Shown here: in pieces, positions 12,341 through 23,321 of the stretch
Position numbering within the stretch: the first letter of the stretch is position 1
Layout: each line of letters begins with the position of its first letter
From: Octopus vulgaris
Taxonomy: Eukaryota
Length of the DNA: 64,000 nt
Direction of reading: 5' to 3'
NCBI GenBank assembly: GCA_951406725.2
Contig: OX597833.1
Span: 17,856,001-17,920,000 of the forward strand
The notes under the pieces: model-generated
Database searches by the model: none
Told to the model about the DNA's origin: nothing
Seen by the model: only the letters and a program-made list of their open reading frames with translations
Translations under genes and position numbers: made by a program

Positions 12341-12735
12341 TTTACTCTTTCACTTGTTTCAGTCATTTGACTGCGGCCATGCTGGAGCACCGCCTTTAAT
12401 CGAGCAACTAGACCCAAGGACTTATTCTTTGTAAGCCCAGTACTTATTCTATCGGTCTCTTTTGCCGAACCGCTAAGTGACGGGGACATAAACACACCAG
12501 CATCGGTTGTCAAGCAATGCTAGGGGGACAAACACAGACACACACACACATATATATATACATATATACGACGGGCTTCTTCCAGTTTCCGTCTACCAAA
12601 TCCACTCACAAGGCATTGGTCGGCCCGGGGCTATAGTAGAAGACACTTGCCCAAGGTGCCACGCAGTGGAACTGAACCCTGAACCATGTGGTTGGTTAGC
12701 AAGCTACTTACCACACAGCCACTCCTGCGCCTATA
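12341..12735 (-). mobile_element. SINE B, full length
   Basis: Complete copy with internal CA/TA microsatellite. Confidence 0.9.
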
Positions 12736-12892
12736 ATTACTTTTACCACCTTTCAGGGTCACTAATCTAACATTACAGACTAGTGGGTCTTAACCATTTT
12801 TTTTACCCGAGGATCTCATTGATTCCTATTTTATTCAGGTAAACTCCAATAGCCATTTGCGGTTTACAGCGTTTCATATACGAATACGTTTA

Positions 12893-13300
12893 TAGGAGTG
12901 GCTGTGTGGTAAGTAGCTTGCTAACCAACCACATGGTTGCGGGTTCAGTCCCACTGCGTGGCATCTTGGGCAAGTGTCTTCTGCTATAGCCCCGGGCCGA
13001 CCAATGCCTTGTGAGTGGATTTGGTAGACGGAAACTGAAAGAAGCCTGTCGTATATATGTATATATATATATGTATGTGTGTGTATGTGTTTGTGTGTCT
13101 GTGTTTGTCTCCCTAGCATTGCTTGACAACCGATGCTGGTGTGTTTACGTCCCCGTTACTTAGCGGTTCGGCAAAAGAGACCGATAGAATAAGTACTGGG
13201 CTTACAAAAGAATAAGTCCCGGGATCGATTTGCTTGACTAAAGGCGGTGATCCAGCATGGCCGCAGTCAAATGACTGAAACAAGTAAAAGAGTAAAAGAG
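12893..13300 (+). mobile_element. SINE B, full length (inverted partner of 12341-12735)
   Basis: Complete copy sharing the diagnostic variants gctaaccaacc and gccccgggccgaccaatgcc. Confidence 0.9.
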
Positions 13301-13489
13301 ATATGTAAGCAGTGCAACCGAAGAGAGAGAAAATAGGTAATGGGTGTGGGTGTATAAGAATATTCCAAGAGTTATTATTCTGTTGGAGAATGAATTTCTT
13401 ATTGCACACCAGGCAAAGTGTCCCCTGCGAATTCGGGATCTTGTGATTCCAAGTTAAACAAATATGTGTGTATGGATATGTTTGTTTAT

Positions 13490-13860
13490 TTGTTTGTGTG
13501 TGTGTGTGTGTGCGTGTGTGATGGTGGTGGTGGCGATGGTGTGTGTATGTTGTGGTATGTCTGTGGTGGTTTAGTGTGTGTGTGTATGTTGTGGTATGTC
13601 TGTGGTGGTTTCGAGTGTGTATGTGTGTATGTGTGTGTGCGTGTGTGATGGGTGGAGATGGTGTGTGCGTGTGTGATGGTGGTGGAGATGGTGTGTGTAT
13701 GTTGTGGTATGTCTGTGGTGGTTTCGAGTGTGTATGTGTGTATGTGTGTGTGCGTGTGTGATGGTTGTGGAGATGGTGTGTGTATGTTGTGGTATGTCTG
13801 TGGCGGCAGTGGTGGCTTCGTGTGTATGTGTGCGTGCGTGCGTGCGTGCGTGTGCGCGTG

Positions 13861-13928
<68 letters not shown>

Positions 13929-13940
13929 CGTGTGTGTTTT
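13490..13940. repeat. GT-rich micro/minisatellite directly after the splice donor
   Basis: (GT)n runs plus repeated gatggtgtgtgtatgttgtggtatgtctgtggtggttt units. Confidence 0.9.
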
Positions 13941-13950
13941 GAATTCTTAC

Positions 13951-16641
13951 CTGTGCTTTATTGACTCCCGTTGAGTGATTAGAATTTTCTGAAATCGCTG
14001 AAGTGTTACATCCAAGACCAACATCCTCTGGCACTGTAGAATAGTTATATCCACATCGATTTCGTCGACCATTGCCCTTTGGCACTCTCAAAGACGGATC
14101 CGAATTGAAAGTAAACTGCTTTGATAAAGTCTGCGAATGGTCGCTGTTATTGGAAACTTGTGGAATCGTTGTCGCATTCCGAACGTCATTTCGTCGAATG
14201 ACACAAATAGTGGTTATGACGATAATAGCCACTGATACTGTGATAACCGTAAGCACTATAACAATTAGGAGATTGTGCTGAAGCGTGATGCCCGTGTGAG
14301 GTTCAAAACCTTTGTTGATTGCTGCAGTATCGTTGTTTACAATAACGCTCAGGGAAAGATTAGACTCGGCTGAGTTCACAGGCTCACCAGAATCGAATAC
14401 TATGAGTTGTAATTTGTACAAGCCAGAGTCTTGTGCGGTTGCTGCACGGGCAAAATATATGGATCCTTTGATTGTATCGATGTCGAATAACTTTTTCTCA
14501 TTTCCTCCAATGATGTTGTATCGAAGAACGGCATTTTTGCCAACATCATTGTCATGCGCCTGTACAATGCTGATTTCTTTATTGGTATATCGTTGATAAT
14601 AGACGGTCATGCTAAAATTATTCCCGCTCGGGAATACGAACTCTGGTGAGTTATCGTTTTCGTCAATGACTTTTACGCGGACATTAACGGTATTGTTTAA
14701 GCTTGGTGTACCTTTGTCGTTGACTAAAACTTTGAAGCGATATTCTGGCTGGAGTTCGCGATCTAGAACTTGAACAACCGACAGAAATCCATCGTTAGAA
14801 ATCTGAAAAGGAATAAAACTGCCTTTGTTCCTGATCAATGAATAAGTAAGCTGACTATTTATGCCTTGATCGGCATCGGTGGCATTTATAAACCCAACAG
14901 GAAAATTTGGTTGTTGGTTTTCGTAAGTTGAAAATTCGAATGTTGGTTGTGTGAATTTAGGCGACTTATCATTAACATCAAGGATAGATATCTTAAGTGT
15001 AGCACTGCCAGTTAACGATGGATTTCCCTGATCTTTAGCAAATACAGGGAAAGTAAGAAAAGAACTCGCTTCTCGATCGAAAGAAGTTTTTGCTCTTATA
15101 ATACCCGACAGTTTACCAATGCTAAATGGTAAATCAGATTGAAGGAAGTAAGTAATTTGAGCATTTTGCCGTTTGTCCTTATCATATGCCGACACCTTCA
15201 CAATTGATAAACCTATAACATTATTTTCAAAGAAGGAAGCGGTGTATGAGGACTTTTCAAATAATGGCGCATTATCGTTGACATCTGATACTTCAATTAA
15301 GAAGGAATAATCTGTGAACAGGGCTGGGATTCCTTTATCTTGACATGTGACAGTGACGTTAAAGTTATCTTTTTTTTCTCTATCAATTCTTTTCTTTACG
15401 ATAACTTTATATCCTGTTGATCCGAGGCTCTGTAGTTGGAAATGATCGTGTCTTAAGTTACAACTGACTTGTCCGTTATTTCCTACATCGTGATCAAAAA
15501 CTTGAACGTAAGCAATAAAACTGCCTTCATTTATATCCTCGCTGACTATCGCAGTGTTTGGTGCTACAGAAGATACAAAATTAATCCGTATTTCCGGTGG
15601 ATTGTTCGTTGTGTATTGTATGTTAACTTGTACCATTCCTATTACACTTAAAGGCGGGTTGGCCCCATCGTAAGCTTCGATAAACAAATGCATATATTTT
15701 TCACTTGAAGAAAATATCCGACGGAAGAATATTTCTCCAGTTGTTCCATTCAATTGAAAATGAGAAAGCGTTATTTCTGATGTTCTTGAACTAAATCGAT
15801 AAGACACTTTGCCATTTTCATCTTTATCTGCATCAGTTGCAGACACCGTGATTATGGGTGTCTGTTTACTTAACTCATTTTTGATTGTCACATTATATAC
15901 ATCTTGCATGAATACTGGTGCATTATCATTTACATCAGTCACTGAAATATTAACATTCAAATGCGTCTGTAAAGGCGGTTGGCCGCCATCTTGTGCAATG
16001 ATTTCTAAAACATAACTGCTTCGTACTTCTCGGTCAAGTTTTTTGTTGACGTTGATGCTTAATTTTGATGTTCCATCAATTCGCTCTGTGACAATCAATG
16101 AAAACGTTTCATTGTTCTTTGATTGAAGATGATAACTTATCTTAGAATTTTTTTCGCTAACATCTTGGTCGACAGCGTTTGGAATTGATTTTCTCATTCC
16201 GCTACCACCTTCAGAAAAATATAAATTTATATTTCTACGAGGAAATATCGGTTTGTTATCGTTGATATCTTCGATGACAATTTTAATTTTCAATATTTTC
16301 AAGAGAGCTTCCCCGTCTTGAACAATGACATCAACTATCTGGAAACATTCTGACCCTTGGGTACAAACTGCTTCCGCATCAATCACTTGTGCCGTGTAGA
16401 ATTTACCAGTTTTTTCATTAATCTTAAACAGTTGTTGATGTTCAGTGGAATGTGCTGGTTTTAGTAGAATAAATCTCAGATTCCTTTCCTCTGTCCCAAC
16501 ATTTTTCATGAGACTCGTATCAAAAGCTATATTTCCAAGGTAAGTTCCTGGTTTTTCACCTTCCATTACCGTATACGTGAGATGTTGACAGTTCGATGCT
16601 GTTAATAACACCATAAATACCAGCGACCACGAATTTAACAT
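13951..16641 (-). CDS. Protocadherin (7 EC repeats, delta1-like architecture), large first coding exon
   Basis: 897 codons from ATG to a phase-0 donor (CAG|GTAAGA, intron starts 13950). Signal peptide MLNSWSLVFMVLLTASNC; EC1 with DAE and C-x5-C; DXNDN linkers DINDN, DVNDN, DVNDN, DVNDK, DENDN; LDRE/IDRE/FDRE motifs; TM segment LLIVIVLTVITVSVAIIVITTICVI then RR. The supplied ORF extension to 13486 is read-through of a CA repeat. Confidence 0.96.
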
Positions 16642-16700
16642 ATTCGCTTCGATACTTTAACAGCAAACCTATAAAAATAAGAAAAAATATTCAGTTTTAA
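16642..16700 (-). other. 27-nt 5'UTR part of the exon plus upstream splice acceptor
   Basis: Minus strand reads ttttttcttatttttatAG|GTTTGCTGTTAAAGTATCGAAGCGAAT-ATG. The AG is at 16670/16669, and an in-frame TAA upstream of the ATG supports 16641 as the start. Confidence 0.7.
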
Positions 16701-16783
16701 AGAATATTCTATAAGAAAACACATAAACATATAAAATATGATAAGGGAAAAAAATTGAAACTACAAACTAATTAAAATATATA

Positions 16784-16943
16784 GGCGCGGGAGAGGCTGT
16801 GTGGTAAGTAGCTTGCTTACCGACCACATGGTTCCGGGTTCAGTCCCACTGCGTGCCACCTTGGGCAAGTGTCTTCTACTATAGCCTCGGGCCGACCAAA
16901 GCCTTGTGAGCGGATTTGTTAGACGGAAACTGAAAGAAGCCCG

Positions 16944-17036
<93 letters not shown>

Positions 17037-17272
17037 TGTGTTTGTGTGTATATGTTTGTGTGTCTGTGTTTGTCCCCGCCAACATCGCTTGAAAACAGAT
17101 GCTGGTGTGTTTACGTCCCCGTAACTTAGCGGTTCGGCAAAAGAGCCTGATAGAATAAGTACTAGGCTTACAAAGAATATGTCCTGGGGTCGATTTGCTC
17201 GACTAAAGGCAGTGCTCCAGCAAGGCCACAGTCAAATGACTGAAACAAGTAAAAGAGTAAAGAGTAAGAGTA
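16784..17272 (+). mobile_element. SINE B, full length
   Basis: Complete copy with (TA)n(TG)n interior, ~115 bp from the splice acceptor. Confidence 0.9.
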
Positions 17273-17344
17273 ACTGTATATCATACTCAATGCAATATCT
17301 AATAACAAACCACAGTTCAAACTCTAAGGTTATAACTCGTTGAT

Positions 17345-18077
17345 CAGTGGTTCTCAGCCATTTGTTAAAAATTATCTATGGACCCCGTTGATTCCTGTTC
17401 TGTTCGAGTTGATCTCCATAGTCATTCGATTTAAAGAAAGCCTTTAAATTTTTATAATAAAATATTATTAGAAATTACTTTTAAAAAGAATTGTTAAAAT
17501 ATTTTGTGTACTTTAGAAGTATAACGAATGTTGGCGGAATTCTGGTTTCATCACCCCATATAACCTCTCATAACTTTTTTTTAGCTTTGGGAATTTACAG
17601 AAATTTTTGGCGAATGTGTGTTCTACACACGGGAATTCATACGATTAGAACAATTTAAAACAAACATTTTAACTCCTCCATCTCCATAAAAGTTTTATGT
17701 TTTTAGTCAGAGTTTAAAATACGGGTACTCCGAATTTTTTTTTTTTGCTTAAATCTCAGCAATGGACCACCCTTGGGTGCATAATCATTCTATTAAATGT
17801 GTTTACGGGAAGAGAAATATTAAGAAAAAGAAATACATGTCAGAGTGATAAAGAAACGAAGAAGATATCAGGTGGTCGTGAGATACGCTAAAAACAATAG
17901 CTAAATCGCCCTCAAATCACACACAATTTATTTTTTTAAATGCAATCTATAGGCGCAGGCGTGGCTGTGTAGTAAGAAACTTGCTTCCCAACCACATGGT
18001 TCCAGGTTCAGTCCCCCTGCCAGGCATCTTGGACAATCTTCTACTGTAGCGTCGGGCCGACGGAAATTGAAAGCCCG

Positions 18078-18145
<68 letters not shown>

Positions 18146-18629
18146 ATATATCCATGTGTGTGTGTCTTTGTTTCTGTTTGTCCCCCATCACCACTTGACA
18201 ACCGGTGCTGGTGTGTTTACGTTCCCGTAACATAACAGTTCGGCAAAAGAGGCCGATGAAATAAGTACTGGGCTTAAGGTATAAGTCCTCGGGTCGACTT
18301 GTTCGACTTAAAGCCCTTCAATGCGGTGCTCCAGTATGGCCGCAGTCAAATGACTGAAACTCGTAAGAGAATAAAAGAACAAGAGAAGAGTACGAATTCC
18401 CGTATGTAGAACATAAATTCCCAAAATATTTCTGAAAATCCCCCCAAAATAATAATAAACAGTTACGAGAGGAGTGGCTTTGTCGTAAGTAGCTTGCTTA
18501 CCAACCACATGCTTCCGGGTTCAGTCCCACTGCGTGGCACCTTGAGCAAGTGTCTTCCACTATAGCCTTGGGCCGACCAAAGCCTTGTGAGTGGATTTGG
18601 TAGACGGAAACTAAAAGAAGCTCGTCGTA

Positions 18630-18702
<73 letters not shown>

Positions 18703-18798
18703 GTTTAAATATTTGTTGTGCAAGATTTTTGTTGTGCAAGATTTTTATGTGAAGTCGTGTGTTGAAACAGATATTGGCTAAACTGGCAATATATTCCG

Positions 18799-18885
<87 letters not shown>

Positions 18886-19502
18886 CGTGTGTGTATATGT
18901 TTGTGTATCTATGTTTGTCCCCTCCCCCTAATATCACTTGACAACCGATGCTGGTGTGTTTACGTCCCTGTGACATAGCGGTTCGGCAAAAGAGACCGAT
19001 AGAATAAGTACTAGGCTTACAAAGAATAAGTTCTGGAGTCGATTTGCTCGACTAAAGGCGGTGCTCCAGCATGGTCGCAGTCAAATGACTGAAACAAGTA
19101 AAAGAGAGTAAACGAGAAAGAGTGTTATATGGGGTGCTTTAAAGCAGAATTCTTCTCCATTTTAATAAAAAATAAATGCGCCCTTTTAAAGCCTAGCCAG
19201 GCTCATGGGCCCAGTTTCCCGGTTTCAATGGCGTATGTGTTCCCCACCTGGACGGGACGCCAGTCCATCGCAGCGTTACTCATCTTTGCCAGCTGAGTGG
19301 ACTGGAGCAACGTGAAATGAAGTGTTTTGCTCAAGAACACAACGCGTCGCCCGGTCCAGGAATCGAAACCACAATCTTACGATCATGGTGCTGACACCCT
19401 AACCACTAAACCACGCCCCTCCATTTTACTGTACATAAATTTTAACCCCAAAATCTTATGCGTACCCTCAAGGGTCCCGTGAACCCCGCCTGAGAACCAC
19501 TG
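17345..19502. mobile_element. hAT (Charlie-like) non-autonomous element invaded by three SINEs
   Basis: Perfect 13-bp TIR cagtggttctcag / ctgagaaccactg; 8-bp flanks tcgttgat and ctgttgat (6/8 match). Contains SINE B 17952-18378, SINE B 18467-19125 and SINE D tail 1 (minus) 19165-19424. Confidence 0.7.
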
Positions 19503-19734
19503 CTGTTGATAACAAATAAAGTTGTCAGTGAAGCTGCCAATTTATTTGTTATTGGGTTGATACGGTGGTTGCTGGAAGGAGGTGAAGATAGCAGGAATAA
19601 TTCTTTCTAATTTTGGAACAAGGCAAGAACATTTAGGGAGAGGGGCAAGTCGATCACACGGACCCCGGTGCCTGGGTGGAACTATTTTATCAATCTCGGG
19701 GAGATTGGGGTATCGGGAGGGAGATGTTTGTTTG

Positions 19735-19790
19735 TATGTGTGTGTCTGTGTATACATGTTTGTTTGTGTGTGTGTGTATATTTATATATG

Positions 19791-19854
<64 letters not shown>

Positions 19855-20209
19855 GTATATGTATACATACATATATACACACACACACACACACATATAT
19901 GATACATGTATATATACATACATCTATACAGATAAACATACGTATATACATACATACATACACACACACAAAGACATACCTATTCAATTGTAAACATATT
20001 TATATATAGATAGATAGATAAATACATATATGTATATATCTATCTACACACGCACACACATATGCATACATACATACATGTATATATATCTATATATATG
20101 TTAACGCATGGATATCCCCCATGTATATAAATGTGTGTATGTGTGTTTGTGTGTGTGTGTGTGTATGTGTACGTTGTACATGTTTCTCTCTATATAGGTG
20201 TATTATTTG

Positions 20210-20244
<35 letters not shown>

Positions 20245-20310
20245 TTGTATGTATGTATGTGTTTGTATACATTTACAAACACACACACACACACATACAC
20301 ACACACTTTT
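19735..20310. repeat. Compound TG/TA/CA/TACA microsatellite block
   Basis: Directly visible. Confidence 0.9.
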
Positions 20311-20960
20311 CAGAAACAGACATAAAAATTACAGAGTGTGAAAGGTCCTTTCATGAATTGAGAGTTACTGATAAACGTTGCAAGCGACGAAGATTAAAAA
20401 AAGAATATATATATATATACACATATATAAATTTATAAAAGGGTGAATGAGTAGCACAAACAATAAGTACAAAATAAACGCCAAAAAAAGTGAACAAATA
20501 AATATACAATAATAAATAAATAAATAAATAAATAAATGATTACAAGAGCTTTACTACAGGGGTGGGAGGGATAGCAGTCACGTGAGAAAGTAGAAGGAAG
20601 AGAAATGCACAGAAGCTAAGAAGAATAGAGAGAGGGTGGCAAGGGAGAGAATAAAAAAAGACAAGGAAAGCAACAAGGAAAAGCCAGATGGTTGTTCAGT
20701 TAACGATACTGTTAGTTAAAGCAGAACAACGTGTAGCTAATACGGACAGTTATAAGCACACACACAGTAGGGGTGAAGTCGATTAGAAAGAGCATAAGAG
20801 ATAGTGAAATTGGATAGATACAGAGTTGAATGTATCTAGGAGATTACACAGTAAGCCCTTGCCATATGGTGGTTCACCTATCGCGGTTTATCATTTAAGC
20901 TTACGTCGATTTCTCCCTGATATTGTTTTGCATTTATAATAAAATAAATATATAGAAATT

Positions 20961-20991
<31 letters not shown>

Positions 20992-21009
20992 TAATAATAA
21001 TAATATATA

Positions 21010-21279
21010 ATAGCCTCGGGCTGACCAAAGCCTTGTGAGTGGATTTGGTAGACGGAAACTGAAAGAAGCCCGTCGTATATATGTATATATATGCGTGTGT
21101 GTTTGTCCCCCTAGCATTGCTTGACAACCGATGCTGGTGTGTTTATGTCCCCGTTACTTAGCGGTTCGGCAAAAGAGACCGATAGAATAAGTACTGGGCT
21201 TACAAAAGAATAAGTTCCGGGATCGAGTTGCTTGATTAAAGACGGTGCTCCAGCATGGCCGCAGTCAAATGACTGAAAC

Positions 21280-21314
<35 letters not shown>
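21010..21314 (+). mobile_element. 5'-truncated SINE B with poly(A)
   Basis: Starts at tagcctcgggctgaccaaagcc; ends gaaacaagt followed by an A-run. Confidence 0.85.
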
Positions 21315-21345
<31 letters not shown>

Positions 21346-21435
21346 TTTATTTAAAGCAGCATAAAATTCAACAAAACCTGTTACTCTGAGTAGAGTAACA
21401 GGTTTTGTTGAATTTTCTGCTGCTTTTTAAATAAA
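21346..21435. repeat. Foldback palindrome (~42-bp arms, 4-nt loop)
   Basis: tttatttaaagcagcataaaattcaacaaaacctgttactct-gagt-agagtaacaggttttgttgaattttctgctgctttttaaataaa. Confidence 0.9.
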
Positions 21436-21508
21436 GCATATTACTCTACCCCTGGTATTTGAGTACTCTTTTTTCCACCTTTTTCACATTTACGTGTTTA
21501 CTCCGGTA

Positions 21509-21562
<54 letters not shown>

Positions 21563-21587
21563 TGTATGTATGTATGTATGTATGTAT

Positions 21588-21760
21588 ACAATTGCAGCGT
21601 GGAAGGTGTTTATAAGCCTTTTAAGAAACACACAAAAACCTTAGATTCACTTCAACATTTAAATTTAATTTGTCAAAATATTTTCGTCGCTTTGAAGTGA
21701 ATCTAACGGTTTTTGTGTGTTTCTTAAATGGCTTATAAACACCTTCCACGCTGCAATTGT
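21588..21760. repeat. Foldback element (~68-bp arms, 36-bp spacer)
   Basis: Arms 21588-21655 and 21692-21760 differ by one substitution and one indel. Confidence 0.9.
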
Positions 21761-21839
21761 TTTCGTTCCAGCACACGATCTCTGATCAGGTCACGTGCTA
21801 TGCAAGTACATTTCCGTAATATATATATATAAATATTTC

Positions 21840-22146
21840 GTCGTCTTTTTCAAGCCTAGCCAGGCTCATGGGCCCGGTTTCCCGGTTTCTATGGCGTATG
21901 TCCCCACCCCCAAGCTGGACGAGACGCCAGTCCATTGCAGCATTACTCAAAAAATAGGAAGAAAGAGTGAAAGAAAGTTGGGGCGAAAGAGTACAACAGG
22001 GGTCGCCACTAGCCCCTGCCGGAGCCTCGTGGAGCTTTTAGGTGTTTTCGCTCAATAAACACACACAACGCCCGGTCTGGGAATCGAAACCGCGATCCTC
22101 CGACCGCGAGTCCGCTGCCCAAACCACTGGGCCATTGCGCCTCCAC
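21840..22146 (-). mobile_element. SINE C tail 1
   Basis: Full copy. Confidence 0.88.
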
Positions 22147-23320
22147 AGTGGACATGTATGGATGGCAATATAGAGAGAAAATCAGGATAGGGACTGTGGT
22201 TGAACTGCAGGGGTACTAAACGCGTTTCATTTGAGTATGTTGAATGAAATGCTTGACGGAGTGAACGTCAGACTCTTCTTCAGAGCAGCATATGAATGGA
22301 AGCACTCCGTCGGTTACGACAACGAGGGTTCCGGTTGATCCGAATCAACGGAACAGCCTGCTCGTGAAATTAACGTGCAAGTGGCTGAGCACTCCACAGA
22401 CACGTGTACCCTTAACGTAGTTCTCGGGGAGATTCAGCGTGACACAGAGAGTGACAAGGCCGGCCCTTTGAAATACAGGTACAACAGAAACAGGAAGTAA
22501 GAGTGAGAGAAAGTTGTGGTGAAAGAGTACAGCAGGGATCACCACCACCCCCTGCCTGAGCCTCGTGGAGCTTTAGGTGTTTTCGCCCAATAAACACTCA
22601 CAACGCCCGGTCTGGGAATCGAAACCGCGATCCTATGACCGCGAGTCCGCTGCCCTAACCACTGGGCCATTGCGCCTCCACAGAGCAGCATATAGGCCTG
22701 GGGAAAATGAGATTGAGAAAAGACATAATCAGACAATCAAGGTTATGGCCGAAAGGAGCCGAGTCTTCCCCGTTGAAGCAGTTTTCTTGAACAACATGTT
22801 GACCAGGACAGGACAAAATGAAGAGTCGGTCCCCAAAGAACGGTGTTCAGACATGAATGGAAATACTTGAGCACAGTACTGCAGAGTTTCGAGGAAGAGG
22901 GACCATCCGCATCTGTTCAGATCCGGGACGAGGTTTGGGTGAATCCACCCGGTGCGTAGTGCACGATTAAATGGAGTGTTGAGGGTGGGGGAAGGATTAT
23001 GGAAGTGAACTTTCGAAACAATGTGTCAGTTGACGGAAACCCGCATCACATTCTCGACGTCCGTAGTGTCGTCAGCTCCTCAGACGTCGAAGGACAAGGA
23101 GGAGGTGAGGCTAACACCACCACCAAAAAGGAGTAGCATATACTTAGTTGGACGGAGGACTTCGAAATGGAATGAGTGTATCGTGATCTTTAGATTGAGC
23201 GCGTGGCAGAGTAAGTTATGTCCAAATGTGTTAGGCGAGCGGAAGGGAGCAACCAAACGATCTGACAGGAAACGAAAGATGAAAGGTCTGGTGAGAAAGA
23301 GGTAAATAGAAGAGACCTTA
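22147..23320 (+). pseudogene. Ty3/Gypsy integrase C-terminal remnant interrupted by a SINE
   Basis: Removing the SINE and one TSD gives MLNEMLDGVNVRLFFRAAYRPGENEIEKRHNQTIKVMAER (NGxxERxHxTIK-like); downstream VQIRDEVWVNPPG and NNVSVDGNPHHILDVR. Confidence 0.65.
22294..22680 (-). mobile_element. SINE C tail 2 with 13-bp TSD
   Basis: cagagcagcatat at 22281-22293 and 22681-22693. Confidence 0.92.
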
Positions 23321-23321
23321 T

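Noticed and set aside
13486-13950. His/Thr-rich C-terminal extension of the 1051-aa ORF
   Set aside because: It is the translation of a (CA)n tract after a consensus CAG|GTAAG donor; treated as intron.
20560-20860. Possible old LINE 3' end on the minus strand
   Set aside because: Too decayed to assign by eye.
22211-22290. Hammerhead-like CUGAAGA...GAAACGCGUU on the minus strand
   Set aside because: Stem II does not close properly, and the plus strand is explained as Gypsy integrase coding sequence.
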